Assembly: GCF_032191835.1 (NCBI RefSeq)
Contig: NC_083230.1
Coordinates: forward strand, 32,302,001 to 32,366,000
Source: Heteronotia binoei
Lineage: Eukaryota
Length of the DNA stretch: 64,000 nucleotides
Direction: 5' to 3'
Positions 12,534-26,719 of this stretch are shown here, one piece after another. Numbering within the stretch: position 1 is the stretch's first letter; each line of letters opens with the position of its first letter. The position numbers and the translations under genes are program-made. Under the pieces are notes generated by a model. The model was not told the origin of the DNA. It worked only from the letters and a program-made list of their open reading frames with translations, and did not search any database.

Positions 12534-12554
12534 TGGTGGCTTCAGTGGTGGGGT
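12534..12554 (+). promoter_or_regulatory. Degenerate primer-binding site, tRNA-Leu type
   Basis: TGGTGG[CTT]CAGTGGTGGGGT against the tRNA-Leu(AAG/TAG) 3'-end complement TGGTGGCAGCGGTGGGAT, immediately after the LTR end. Confidence 0.55.
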
Positions 12555-12852
12555 GAACTAGTTTTGGACCATTTGGCCTTGATATAATTTTTTATTTATT
12601 TTATTTTTTGCTGCTGGCTTAAGGAAGGCACATTTTCTGAAGGTTCTGGCAAGACCAAATGAGGTCTGGTAAAGGTGCTGAAAGGGGTTTTTGTTTATTT
12701 TCTAGCTCTTGGGTCAACTGGGTAGTGAGGCTAGTTAGCTAGTGCATGGTCCTCCAATCTGGGAAAGAGAAGCCAGAGGACACGCCTGTCCCTAGAACAA
12801 AGACCCAACCAGGGGCTGTTGGTCTGATGTCTGAGGAGAAAACACCAGAGAG

Positions 12853-13970
12853 ATGGCATCCCTGAGTGAAGAGGCCTTACGTCTTCAACTGCAGATTAAG
12901 CAGGCAGACCTTGAGAAGGCCAGGCTTGAAGTAGAGTTAAAGGAGAAAGAGCTGCAAAAGCAAGAGAATGCAGCCCAGTTAGAGAGAGGGTTGCTAAAAG
13001 AGGAGAGGGAGAATGCAGCTTAAATGGAGCTGGAAAAAATGAAGGTGACACATGAGATGGAACCTGCAAAAATTGGAAAAGGGCCACTTCCTCCTGATTC
13101 TGCTGTGCAGGATATAGATGGAAGTACCCTTTATACAAGGAAGGGGAGGACACTGAGGCATTCCTACAAAACTTTGAGCAAGTTTGCATGGACTACAAGG
13201 TTCCCCCAGATGTGTATACGGAGAAGTTGAGACCCCAGCTAAGTGGAGTTCTAGCTTCAGTGTCTGGGCAGATGGAAGGTGAAGAGAGGTCATACTACAA
13301 GCTGTTTAAACAGAGAGTGCATGAGAGGGTGGGGTTCTCCAAAGAAGGAGCTTGCAAGAGGTTCAAAGAAGTGAAACCTGAGCCCAAGGAATCCTACCCG
13401 AAGTTGATGTATAGGCTGGGGAAGGCCTATGACCTATGGCTTGAAGTAGCCAACGCTAAGACTCTAGATCAGGGGTGGCCAGTGGTAGCTCTCCAGATGT
13501 TTTTTGCCTACAACTCCCATCAGCCCCAGCCAGCATGGCCAATGACTGGGGCTGATGGGAGTTGTAGGCAAAAAATATCTGGAGAGCTACCGTTGGTCAC
13601 CTCTGCTCTAGATGATGTAAAGTCTTTAATGTGCACTGACCGGTTCTTGACTCTTATTCCTGAGCACATTAGATGCGCACTGATTGACAAGAACCCTTCT
13701 ACCATCAAAGAAGCTGGACAGTGGGCAGACCGCCTGGCTGAAATATATGGAGGGTAGAGACCCAGCACCAGTCGTGATTGGCACCCAAAGGAAAGCCCAA
13801 AGCTCTCTCCTGACTACAGGGCTGAGGAGCAGTCTAAAGGGAAGGAAGAACTGTCCCAGCAACAGCCTCCTAGTTTTACAGGTGCTGGTGTGAAGCTGCC
13901 AACAGGAAATCAGAAGGTACTTCGCTGTTATTCCTGCAATGAGTTGGGGCATATCCAGAGTCAGTGTCTG
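12853..13970 (+). pseudogene. Disrupted gag: coiled-coil N-terminus, capsid-like/SCAN-like region, CCHC zinc knuckle
   Basis: MASLSEEALRLQLQIKQADLEKARLEVELKEKE... (stop, frameshift) YPLYKEGEDTEAFLQNFEQVC... then SCAN-like KTLD/DVKSLMCTDRFLTLIPEHIRCALIDKNPSTIKEAGQWAD. Knuckle CYSCNELGHIQSQC at 13926-13967. Confidence 0.85.
13470..13605. mobile_element. Palindromic hAT (Charlie-type) MITE, 136 bp, inside gag
   Basis: Near-perfect self-complementary element CAGGGGTGGCC...GGTCACCTCTG. Exact 8-bp TSD CTCTAGAT at 13462-13469 and 13606-13613. Confidence 0.92.
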
Positions 13971-14069
13971 AAGTCTACTACTACTACTGTGGCATTCCAC
14001 ATGATGCCAATGGGCCCTGAGCCCACTTCTTCTGAACCAGACCCTGAGTGTATTCCTCAGCGTCACCGC

Positions 14070-14821
<752 letters not shown>

Positions 14822-15035
14822 TAGAGGGAGATGGCTATAGGCAACCAAACTCACCAACCCTAAGCTCCTGAGCTAAAGATTGTGTTATTAATTTCTATAT
14901 TGTGTATAATGTGTTTCTATAGTTTGAGCGTTAATGTTTTATGGTTGGGTTTCCAAGGCAACCCCATTTTGGGTAGACCTCATCGATGGGGATCTAGATT
15001 GCCAGACCCCATGATTTGGTCTAGCGGGGTGTGTG

Positions 15036-15578
15036 TATCATGATCCTGGGTCTAGCAAGGCCTCCAGGCCCCAGGAAAGCCTGCTTAGGAGTTACTGGGA
15101 AGAGCCTACATTTCCCAGGATCCATCCTGTCCCTCTGATTGGGTGGCCAGGTTTTGGAGGGAAACTGGCTCAGAGAGGGGTGGGGCCTGGGAAGAGAAGA
15201 TAAAAGGGCCAAGCCCAGAAGGGGGTGTTCTTTCCCTGGAAGGCTGAGCTGGAGGCAGGCTGTAGCCTGGAGAGCTTGAAGCAGGGGAAAGGCCCTTACC
15301 CAAGAGGGTAAGGGTATTAGAGTAGGAACTGTATAGATAGATCCGTTAGGACATTTGTTTATTTTCTTTTCCCCCTTTTACTGGTTAATGCACCTTGATA
15401 ATTTATATTGCACTGAATAAACCTTTTTGTTATTGTTGTTCACTCTGCCTGATCCTCACGCCTATTATTTGGCCTAAGCTACAGGAGGCCTGAAGGGCTT
15501 GGGAGGAAACTCTGGGCCTTCTCAAGGGGAATCCTTAACACAGAGTGGTGGCAGCAATTGGTAATACCCCCGGTGACA
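15036..15578 (+). repeat. 3' LTR (543 bp)
   Basis: Starts TATCATGA after a G-rich PPT-like run and ends GGTGACA. TATA-like GATAAAA near 15199, AATAAA near 15416. Homologous to the 5' LTR. Confidence 0.85.
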
Positions 15579-16523
15579 GTACTTACTTTCACATCACTTA
15601 CTTTCTGACCTTTTAAACTGGAGATATCAAGAACTGAATTTAGGACTTGCAAATCAGATGATCTACTTCTGAGTCATGGGCCCATTTCAAAGCATGGTTG
15701 TATTGGGGGAAATGGAAACTTTTGTACCCACTACTTTCAAGGTTGGATAGGGGTCATACTGACGCTTTGTACTGAGGTGCTGGGGTCCTTTTGCAAATGT
15801 GCAGCCTCCACGTCTGCCTTCTGTGCACTATAGTCAGGCATGCTACATGGTGTGTATATTTGCTTATACAAACATGTTCTAGCATCTAAAGATACATTGG
15901 TGTATGAAGAGAATGCTCATCCTAATCAAGCTATTATGCCAAAGAACAAGTTATAAGCATACTGAAAAGGATTTCTCCCCCTTGGTTCAGGCAGTCTAGA
16001 CTATTCTTGTTAGCTATGTTTTACTCTAGGGCATTTAAAGATGTTGCACGGACTTGTGTCAAAAGGCCAAGAGATTAAAAATGGAACTTTTGATTGACTG
16101 AGTCTGATTCCACAAAGCTATTTCAAGAATTGCTTTCATTTCTTTAAGAACTGGCAGCTTTTATGCTTGACAGGTACATGCATGACAGTCCTTCAGTCTG
16201 CATAACAGATTTATAGCACTTGTGGAGGCCTGGCTTACTGCCAAAGCATTAAAAAAAATCTAAACTCTAAACACCACAAATCAGCTGCCTGGACTGTACA
16301 TATTAGCTTTTACTGGAACAATTAGAATCTGAGATTCTGAGCTGGTAAACAAATAGATTCAGTTATTTTGCTGTCCTGACACACCCATCAAAGGCATTTG
16401 ACTTCAAGTTTAGCCTCAGAACTGGTTTTCAGCATTGAAATATAAACACAGAGGGATATGTTCCAATGAAGCAATTACTGAAAGTTGGGGGGAACTTATT
16501 TTTGGGAGACTAGATGCTGTAAC

Positions 16524-17673
16524 TAGGGATGGGCATGAACCGAAACTTGAAGCAAAATTTGTAAGATATTTTGGCCTGTTCATGGTTTGGGAACTAAAGT
16601 CCATGACAGGTCCATGGTCACAGACTTCCATGAACTTTTAAGGCAGTTTGCGGGGTTTGTGCTGTTTCCTGGCCAGAGCAGAAAGTAGGAATTTAAAGGA
16701 ACTCCAAGTCCCTTTAAACCCCTGCTTTCTGCTCCCTGCTACCCACATATTTCAGGCTTTCTTGTGCAATCCCTTAAAAGTTTAAAAGGGTTGTACAAGA
16801 AAGCTGAGAAACAGGGAGGAGCCTGTCTGGGGCTGGGTGACACTTTAACAGGGGAAGCCCCCATCTGTCACCTGGTGATACATGAGAGCCTGAGCACTTG
16901 CCCACCTTCCCCTCCCTTGCCTGCTTTGTTCAATATATCTTTGCAATTCATCTCAATTCACCTCATTAGACCTCCCATCAGGAACTCACCCAGGAGAACG
17001 GTGGAGGAAAAGGCCAGCAGCAGAGAAGAGGCAGCCAGCTGAAGTGGTCAGTGAAAGAGACAGGCGTGGAGAACTGTGCAGTGGCAACAGGGCCTTAGCC
17101 ATGGGCTGCAGTGGCTGTACAGCAGTCAGGCCCACCCCAGGAGCCCAGAGCAGGAGCAGGGGAGATAGCACCAGTAGGGAAGGAGGCTGCTCCAGCCCAG
17201 GGACCATGTGCGTGGGCATCCCCATGGCCAGCCCACTTCCTACGGTGCCCTAATTTGCCACCACTGGAAGACACCAAACCCACACGGTCCCTGGGATGGA
17301 GCAGCCTCCTTCCCTACTGGTGCCTCCTTCCCCAGCCTGGGCTCCTAGGGCAGGCTTGGCTGCTGGACTGCTGCCATGGCCTGTGGCAGTGGCCCTGCTG
17401 CCTCTGCACAGCTCATCTGCTGACTGCCTCAGCTGGCCACCCCAGACAGGCTGCTCGCCATTTCCTGGCTTTCTTATGCAGTCCCTTTAAATCTAATGGC
17501 TTGAAACAGCTGAGTGGTGGGGAGTGCTCCTGGTGCTCAGCTGTTTCTGAAACCCCAATTTAAAATGACTGTGGGCTCTTTAAATGAGATTTGCTGGACC
17601 CACAAACCACAAACTGAACCAGTTTGTCAGAGAGCAAACCAGTTTGGTTTGTGGTTGTTAGCTCCCATTCCTA
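16524..17673. mobile_element. Non-autonomous DNA element with short TIRs and an internal fold-back
   Basis: Ends TAGGGATGGGC...GCTCCCATTCCTA. Imperfect internal inverted repeat of about 150 bp (~17060-17210 against ~17286-17430). Superfamily not determined. Confidence 0.55.
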
Positions 17674-20291
17674 ACGATAACTTCCATAAGTTTGAACTGA
17701 ACAATTAAGCACTGCTGCTATCCATTTCAGTAGTTTGATGTTCTTTGGCAACTGCTTTGTTCAATATATCTTTGCAATTCATCTCAGTGCTTATAGAATT
17801 TCTATATTCGGTCCATAGAGGAATTTAGTAGCATGAGATGAATTCAAGAGTTGTGTTTTGCTGATGAAGCTACAACTGAATACATGACATTATCAGATGA
17901 GAAATTATTATCTTCCTTATTGAACTGAATTGTCTCCTGAAGCACCATGAACACACATTTTTGGGGTTTGCTAGAAAGATGACATGGAAGTTACAAAAAT
18001 ATCTGCTGACTTTCTCACTTCCCACCACCCCGTAGCCCCAAATACCTCCCAAGGCTTTTCCTGGGGGACAGGTTCCCTCAAAAATTGCATGAATGGGGAA
18101 CTGGAGGTCTCTATGGGGAAGGTGAACAGGCAAAAATCACCTTTTATCAAATTATTCTCTTCCTGCCTAAACTGCATTGTCCTTTGATGGACTGATGCAC
18201 CACACACACACCTATGCACAATTTGTCAGAAAGACGACATGAGAGGTACAAATACAACATCATATCCATTGCTGGACTTCTAAGAGCAACTGGCAACATA
18301 GCAAAAATGTACTTTTGCCAGCTTGCTTTCCAACAGACTTTACTCTTACAATTTTGGCATATATTCTAAATGTTCCATTAGTAGTAAATTTACAAAAATT
18401 ACCTGAAGCTGTATGCTTTTTATTCTCTGGTCAGTCTTGCCTCTTTTGTCTGAACTGTGTGCTCCTGTGGAGGATAAAGCCGAGAAAACACATAATGTAT
18501 TCAGCTCTGGTATAATTATACACTTTCCGAGAAAGTGTACATTCTAAGATTACCCTAGTCATATGCATTTAAATCACAACATTAAGCTGCTAATATTTTG
18601 CTTTTAGACTAGGCTATAGAACAGATGCAACATCAAATGTGTCACTTTAATATGTCCAGTTTTCAGTAAAACATAGCCTACTGTAGTTGGTGCCTTAAAA
18701 GTACATAATGTGTATATACACTATATCATTGCAAAATATTTTAATGATAATGAAAACGTGGCCTTTGAAGAAGTGCAATTATGGGCATGTTTAGCCTCTT
18801 TAGCCTTAAGATGACCCCGATCTTTTGGAGCATGCATAGTTGGACTTCACTTTTCAGTGGAGGTCACTGTATCACTATAAAACACCCACAGTTTTAAATC
18901 CTTCATTGATCACCTAATAAATATTTTGTACAGCTAAACTGATCAAGTGTATACCTTATTAATCCATCACAGTTTCATTGCTCGTTTTCAGAATGACCGA
19001 CGAAATGCAAATGTTTTTTTAAAAAAAATTAGAAAATGTGTACACTGCATCTCCAGAAACGTCTCTCAGATGTGTCCGTCATTTGTCTTTAAGGGTGGTG
19101 GGGCAGATGCTTTACACGTGGAAGTTCCAAGTTTCAGTTTCTAGCATCTCACATTATAGGGCATCTCATTAGTCAATATTAGGGAAGATCCTTCTCTGCC
19201 TGACATACAAAAGAATTCTAATTGCAATAAAATCCTAACAGAAAACTATAGGCAATGGCTTGAATCCACCAAAATTTCCATAGATTAAAGAGATCCATGG
19301 AGTGTAGCTTCCTTACCTGCTGTTGCAGCCATAAAGTGCTATTTCTGGGCAACAGGAGCTGCTCTGACCCCCTTAGAACATCATTAAGTTCGAGATGAAG
19401 GTCTGCAGTGGAAGGCAAAAATGGGTAGAAATTAGTAAGATGTTCCCACAGAAATCCTCCATTGGATCCTAACCACTATCAGTGGAGTTATATCTATAAC
19501 CATTTACCATGGTATGCATTTGATCATCTGATTGTTCTTTCAAGGGTGAAGAAAATTTTATCACATCCTAGCACTAGATCAGATCTTTGGGGCAGAAGGG
19601 GGTGCTAAGATTCTCCTCAACGGTAAATGGAAAAAAGCCCAAAGAAAAAACCCCATAGACATAAATGCTCACAAGAAAAAAGCCTCCATGGAAATATTCC
19701 CCCATGGAAAAATGCCCACTTATGGAAATAAACCCACATGGAAATAAGCCCTCATGGAAAAAAGCCCCCATGGAAAAATATGTAAAGCACTATTGATGTT
19801 TATAATTGTGGATAACCATTAATAATATGTTGTTGTTATTTTAGGATTAAAATAAGTTATATTCACATGCAACAAAAAGTGACCATCTTGTTATTTTTAT
19901 GTTGTTATTTTAGGATTAAAATATGACATATTCACATGCAATAAGTGACCATTTTGTTATCAATGAACTTCATTAAGAAGGAAAAACAATAATAACAGAA
20001 ATTAAACTCTACATAGAAATATGTATTTAAATAAAATTAAATGCTTTAACTTTATTAATTTACAATTTGTCAGAATTTTTGAATGTTAATACATTGTGGT
20101 ACACCCAGTGACCATGACAAAAGACTATCTAACCCTAATAGTAAAAGCAACAATTATTTAACAACAACAACAATAACTCAGATATAATTCTTCATTGCAA
20201 ATGAGCCAATCTCTTTAAGCAACTAGGTTTATCTTCCACCTGCTCATATTGTTGCACAGAAGTGGCAACCATGTAATGTAGTGCCTCATAC

Positions 20292-20560
20292 ACCAGTTTG
20301 GTGTACGGGTTAAGTCTTATCTGGGAGAACCGGGTTTGATTCCCCATTCCTCCACTTGCACCTGCTGGAATGGTTTTGGGTTAGCCATAGTTCTCGCAGA
20401 GCTGTCCTTGAAAAGGCAGCTGCTGTGAGAGCCCTCTCAGCCCCACCCACCTCACAGGATGTCTGTTGTGGGGGAAGAAGATATAAGAGATTGTAAGCTG
20501 CTCTGAGTCTCTGATTCAGAGAGAAAGGCGGGTATAAATCTGCAATTCTTCTTCTTTTCT
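20292..20560 (+). mobile_element. Squam3-like tRNA SINE nested in the MULE
   Basis: Same family as 11347-11630, opposite strand. Confidence 0.85.
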
Positions 20561-20564
20561 ACCT

Positions 20565-21040
20565 CTAGGCGACCTGCCTGTGCATTAGCCAATGTTAGTT
20601 TGTAACAAGCCAGGTCCCTCTGCAGTCCATCGAATAGAGACCACACACTGGGATGAAATGGAACAAGGAATTAAGAGCATTGTGCCCCCACAACAGTTTA
20701 TCTGGAATCCATAGCTTCATTATTTCAAACATTCTATTATAGGTGTCCATGTTCTTTTTTTTAAGTAAAATGTAAATACATGGTGGATATGAATTACCCA
20801 CCTTGGCATGCCATGTGTATCACTGGTACAACATATTTGGCACTTTATCAAAGGTTCCATCTCCATAGATGGTATCTTTGTTTAATTCAAGCGTAAGATC
20901 TCTATCACCTAAAACCAGAATTCTGTCTGGATTTTTCCACCCTGGAATAGTGAAGTATCACTTGCCTATACTTTTCAGGAATGTCAATATATATGGTTTT
21001 TGGGTTAGGCAAATTACTGCCTGCTCTGTGATAGATTCTC
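20565..21040 (-). pseudogene. MULE transposase remnant
   Basis: LPNPKTIYIDIPEKYRQ...DRILVLGD...TIYGDGTFDKVPNMLYQ*YTWHAKVGNSYPPCIYILLKKKNMDTYNRMFEIMK (DGTF at 20850-20861), then after an apparent deletion GHNALNS...HPSVWSLFDGLQRD. Confidence 0.85.
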
Positions 21041-21169
21041 TTTCTTAAAGAGCAGAAGTAGTTAAAGACTCATAGATCTAAGAAGCTAAGCAGGACTGAT
21101 TCTGGCAAGTATCTGGAAGGAAGAAATCAATAAACATAGTGGGAATTAATTTAAAAAATGGTATAATGG

Positions 21170-21502
21170 AGAATTAATCCACTGGTATCTCAGGCTCTGG
21201 GGGTGGGGTCTGTTTTTTAAGGTAGATGCATCAAATTTGCAACATAGCATCCAGTGCCTCTCCCCAAAATACCCTCCAAGATTCAAAAGGATTGGACCAG
21301 GGGGCCCAATTCTATGAGCCCTAAAAGAAGGTGCCCCTATCCTTTATTATTTCCTATGGAGGGAAGGCATTTAAAAGGATATGATGGCCAGAACTCCCTT
21401 TGGAGTTCAATTGTGCTTGTCACAATCTTGCTCCTGGCTCCAAAGTCTCCTGGCTCCACCCCCAAAGTTCCCAGATATTTCTTGAATTGGACTTGACAAA
21501 CC
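21170..21502 (-). mobile_element. Non-autonomous DNA element of the TAGGGTTGCCA-terminus type, nested in the MULE
   Basis: The right end is the reverse complement of 56400-56460 (TAGGGTTGCCAAGTC...GGGGGTGGAGCCAGGAGAC). Related fragments lie near 10870-11075, 35960-36465 and 57355-57535. Confidence 0.55.
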
Positions 21503-21759
21503 TATTCCATGTGGGCTTGTTTCCATGTGGGCTTCCTTCAGTATGGGCTTTTTTTTTGTGTCAACTTCTTTCCATGTGGGTTTATTTCCATGGGGGCTTT
21601 TGTCCTGTGAGCATTTATGTCCATGTGTTTTTTTCTTTGAGTTTTTTTCCTTTGGGTTTCCCCCCTCCTCAACAGCTGTCAAGTATGTGACTAGCTTATT
21701 GACCGAGTAGTTGCATCAGGGTAAATTACCACTCCTTTAGTAATGATGGGATTATAAAG

Positions 21760-22048
21760 ATAGTTCCCTGTGCAAGCACTGGTCGTTTCCGACTCTGGGG
21801 TGACGTTGCTTTCACAACATTTTCACAGCAGACTTTTTATGGAGTGGTTTGCCATTGCCTTCCCCAGCCATCTACACTCCCCCCCCCCCCAGCAAGCTGG
21901 GTACTCATTTTACCAACCTCGGAAGGATGGAAGGCTGAGTCAACCTGGAGCCGGCTACCTGAACCAGCTTCTGCTGGGATCGAACTCAGGACGTAAGCAG
22001 AGGGTTCCGACTGCAGTACTGCAGCTTTATCACTTTGCGCCACAGAGC
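21760..22048 (-). mobile_element. Near full-length Sauria SINE
   Basis: Minus strand GTGGCGCAAAGTGATAAAGCTGCAGTACTGCAG head, GGTTGACTCAGCCTTCCATCCTTCCGAGG core and BovB-like tail. Confidence 0.92.
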
Positions 22049-22487
22049 AGGTGATAACCTGTGACAGGTGATAATATTTTATTTTTATTTGTTGCTAATT
22101 AAATGGACTGGTTTGATTAGTCAAAGAATTTTTGTATATCTGTGCTTTTAAAAAAAAATTCTACACTCTTAGCTTTGAGCCTGGAAATGCCTATATACTA
22201 AAGACTATTTTCATTAGCACTTACACACAATGGGTTTTTGCTGGAATCCCTTTATCTAGCCTGTTTCTTCCTTTCCAGATGAAACTTTCAGATGCTTACA
22301 TTTCACTGCACATTGAGTTGATTGGATAATTTGAACATCAAAGGAAACTTTCATTTAATTTAAGCCATAAAGTTGTCTTTTGCTTTATTAACTTTCGATC
22401 AATAAACAAGCAATTTGGAAATGTAATCAGGAAATGCTTCCAATTGGCTGACAATGTATCAAAGCCAATGCTTGAAGGCAGAAGCAA

Positions 22488-22683
22488 NNNNNNNNNNNNN
22501 NNNNNNNNNNNNNNNNNNNNNNNNNNNNNNNNNNNNNNNNNNNNNNNNNNNNNNNNNNNNNNNNNNNNNNNNNNNNNNNNNNNNNNNNNNNNNNNNNNNN
22601 NNNNNNNNNNNNNNNNNNNNNNNNNNNNNNNNNNNNNNNNNNNNNNNNNNNNNNNNNNNNNNNNNNNNNNNNNNNNNNNNNNN
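22488..22683. other. Assembly gap
   Basis: Run of N. Confidence 1.
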
Positions 22684-25600
22684 GGGGGAGACGACACGAA
22701 CATGAGACTAGTCTGTCACGGAGTTAATCCATTCTAGAGTGACATACAAATACTGTAACATCTTGTGGATGTATGTTATAGAAATATTTTGAATTGAATT
22801 TACATACGGTGAACAAATTGGAACTTTTGATTTTATGAGATATTCTAATGTGCATGCTCTCATATTAACAGAGTGTAATCCTATTTGAAGATAATGAGTT
22901 TTCAATAGGCTCTCTGCAGTTTGAAACGACATTTTAAAAAATCCAGTCAGTTTTTAACTAAACATTATTTGGGCAGAAAATTTAGAAACATTTGGATAAA
23001 TCAAGCCCCCTAAGTAGGCATGTTCAATCATGCCAGAAGAATATATATTCTGCTGCCAACGTATTGCTCGTTAGAGATGGCTGGGGTTGGCATCCGGTTT
23101 TGCAGCTTGTTTTGACACTTGGATATTGATTTTTGCTGGGTACTGGTGACAGATTAATGGTGATGATGGGTGGGATCATGTTAATATCCTATCTGGACCA
23201 GCATTGTATTTCAAATAGTGCTCAACCAAATGTCTTGAGAAATTTATAAGCAATGTGAAGAACAACTTTTTACAAATTGTGTTTCTACATAACAAGTTCA
23301 TCACCTGTACATGAGACCTAATCCTAAAAGATTTGGAGATTCTGCTCTTTTTCTATGCATCTACAAGGGGATATTTCCCCTCTCTTAAAATTGTCTAATT
23401 TTATTGCTATAGCATTATCCCTAGGAAATTATGCAGTGCCTGAAACAGTCTGCTTGCAGACTTGTGTGTGTGTATTTCTACCTGGCAGCATGTAACTTGC
23501 TTCAAGGAGGAGAGGCACTAATCTCAGCATTTTGGTTACCATTGTCAACCAGCAATATCTCCTCTGCTGAAAGCATCAACCTCACAAACATAACACTTTC
23601 ATTACAATTTCTTATACTCTTTCTTGGTGCATGCATATTGTGCATCTTAATGAAGACTCATCTCCCCAGGTCCCAGTGGTCTTTAAAAGAGTTCAGTCTC
23701 AATAATCAGCATAATGAAGAAGAGAAAATCAGCATCATATAAACTCACTGGGGTCATTCCCATGGACTCTAACCTGACATGCACAGCAAAATCTTTCTGT
23801 TGAAAACAGATCACTGAATCTCACTGGGCGAGACAGAATTATAATGTTACCATTTTCAAAGTATCTGAATATATATTGATCCAAATCCATTGCTGGGATG
23901 AATATTGATGGCCTTCCATTTTATAGTGCAAATATACTCAGAGAGAACATGTAGATTTAAGAAGACATAGTAGTCATGTTACTCTGTTTTAACAAAACAA
24001 AAAAAGGAGACTTGCGACAGCTTTAATAAAAATTTTGTATCATAGGTCTCCAGCAGAATCAGAAACAGTGAAGCGAAACCTCTCTCTGTAGATAGCAATA
24101 TACATGAGGGGTGGGAGTAAAAGGGCCATAAAGCGCAAGATATATATTCTGTGACATTGGCAGGCCTCATTTTGGGCAGGAGCTCACAGGAGCAGAGCTC
24201 TGGAACCTCTCAATTTTATTGTACTCTTTCTTTCTTAACCACCACCCCTCCCCAATACTTGCTCCTGGGCTCCATTCTATTGAAAACCCCTATGAGAATG
24301 TTGCTGAACTCTAAGATTTGACAAACTTTCTAATATTTCCCAGCACAAAAGATGGGGAAATAATCAAAACATATGAAGCAGACAGATGGAAATCTTCATC
24401 ATGCCACTGTGGCTGGGCACATTTGTAAAGTGAATCCATGTTGGCTTTTTCTTCCAAACAGATGTACACAAGCATGTGTAGGATGGGAACAGGGATACTA
24501 TCAGTGACCATTAACATCTGCTGTAATTGGTGATGATAACACAGTTAAGCTTGTTGAACTGTGTTTTATTGTTTATTTGTTTTACAAAATTTATACCCCA
24601 CCTTTCAGTCCTCATAAGGGCCACCAAGGTCGCTAACAAATTAGTACATAATAAAATTACAGCTTGAAAACCATTAAAACTAACAAAAACACACATTAAA
24701 ACCTGAGCTAAAATGCATACAAAACATAAAAACAGCAGTTAACACATCAAGCAGGAATGAGGGAACACAAATGAAACAAAACAAAAAGTCTTGGCCCGCT
24801 GGTGGAAAATGGCAGCGGAAGGGGACAGATGAGTCTCCCCAGAAAGTTCCTTGGTGCCACAACTAAGAAGGTGCTCTCTTATGTTGCCAGCCACCTAATC
24901 TCAGAAAGTGGGACACCTGAACAGCGCCAGCCCTAGGACACATAGTGCCTCGGGCAGGCTCCTTGCTTGCCCCCTGGTGCCCCCCTCCCCAACCCCGCCA
25001 TCCTCCCTCCCTCCACAGTGCTGCAACACAGTGCTGCACTCCATTGATGCCCCCCACTGTTCCCCCCCCGCCCCGGATCAGAGTGCCCTGCACCAAGGCT
25101 TGGCCCTACCGGCTTTGACGTGGCCGGCATCTAATCTGTCTTTGAAAAGCACACTGGAGGAGGCTTCTCCCCTTCCTTTCCAGAACTGGAAGGGAGGGGG
25201 AGCGAAGCCTCCAGCATGCTCTTTAAAGACGGAACAGATGCCTGGCATGTCGAAGCCAGCAGGGCCAAGACTCGGTGCAGTATGGCATGCTCTGATCACA
25301 CCGGGGGGTGGGAGGGTGGGTGGGTGGAGCGCAAGGAAAGGGAAGAGAGGGGACAGTGGCAGTGGTGGCGGTGGTGGTGAGGCAGGCAGGCAGGCAAACT
25401 AGGCACTTGTCATTGGCACTGGAGGGGGGGGAGCCCAATTTGGCGCCCCCACTCCTGGTGCCCTAGGCAAACACCTAGTTTGCCTAGTGGGCGAACCAGC
25501 CCTGTACCTGAAGCAGGGCCTCTGAAGATGATTGTAGCGATCAGGTAGGTCCATAAAAGGGAGTAGGCAGTTTTAACTTGTGGAAGGTGGGGAAAGTACC

Positions 25601-26719
25601 ACTTTGGTTTAAGCTCAGGTTAATAGAGTCAACTGCCATATATCTAATGCTGAATCTGGCCCCTTTTCAGATAGAAACACCTAGCAAAATGGGGCCAGGT
25701 ATATAGACAGAATTTATCTATATATTTTTCAAATTTATATTCCACCCTCCCCACAAATGGGCTCAGTGTGGATCACAAGTGAATACTTAGGCCATTCACC
25801 AACACAATATACAAATACATTAATAAAATAATTAAAATGATTAACAACACAATTTAAAAACAGGTTGCATTACTTGCTATGTGCACAATCTCCAACTGGT
25901 GCCACTGGAAGTCTAATGTTTGCTTAATCCAGGTCATGTGAAGGTGGTAACTTCAGAAAATACTTTTCTACCAACTTGGGGAAATCTCCAGGTTTGCACA
26001 GCAATCTAAAGACCAAAAAAAAAATGTTTTTGTTAAAAGACTGAGATCTCATGGCAGTAATCATGAGATCTCAGCCACCATTTTGGAGAAGGGAGAAGCA
26101 GTCTCTCACAACTGCATGAGCCAGGTAAGCAGGATAGGAGGTGGGAGAGCCAATCCTACCTCCCCACCATCACTGTATGAATCAGGTGAGCGGTGGTATC
26201 AGGACTGCAGGCAAGTGAGCTGGCCACCAAGTGCGTGAGCTGAGAACCCACCACAAACAATGATTCTTTCTTCATCTGTTGTGGGAGCCAGGAAGGCTTC
26301 TTTGAGAGGGAGGGGCAAGAAAATGGATGCAGTGACTTCCTTAGGCCAACATGGCAGGGGAAATGGGATCCCAGGCAGGCAGCTGCCCTTTGGGTCCAGG
26401 ATCTGCCACTGCAATAGGCCTATCCCCCAGGATAGAGGGAGTGGGTGAGGCCAGAGTTGTCCCACCCCAGAAAGTCTTTTAAAAGTGCAGCCTGAGATAA
26501 CCAGAGAGGAAGGGCCAGACCCCACCTAAAGCAACTAGGGAGAGGTTACTGGCAGGAAAGGGAAAGTATGCTGTAAATTCCCCTCCTTTATCTTTTCTGA
26601 AGTTCTTCTCCCAGGGCAAGTCCTGCTAAAGGAACCTTGGAGAAGGAGACAGCCCTGGACTTAGCCCAACACGGGAGTCTGACAAGTGTATAACCACAAG
26701 AATGGAGATAAATCAAAAT

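Larger units (their letters stand above)
19622..21664 (-). mobile_element. Mutator-like (MULE) DNA transposon, internally deleted
   Basis: Perfect 9-bp TSD CTCCTCAAC (19613-19621 and 21665-21673). About 170-bp imperfect TIRs built from CCATGGAAA-type subrepeats. Transposase remnants on the minus strand. Confidence 0.88.
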
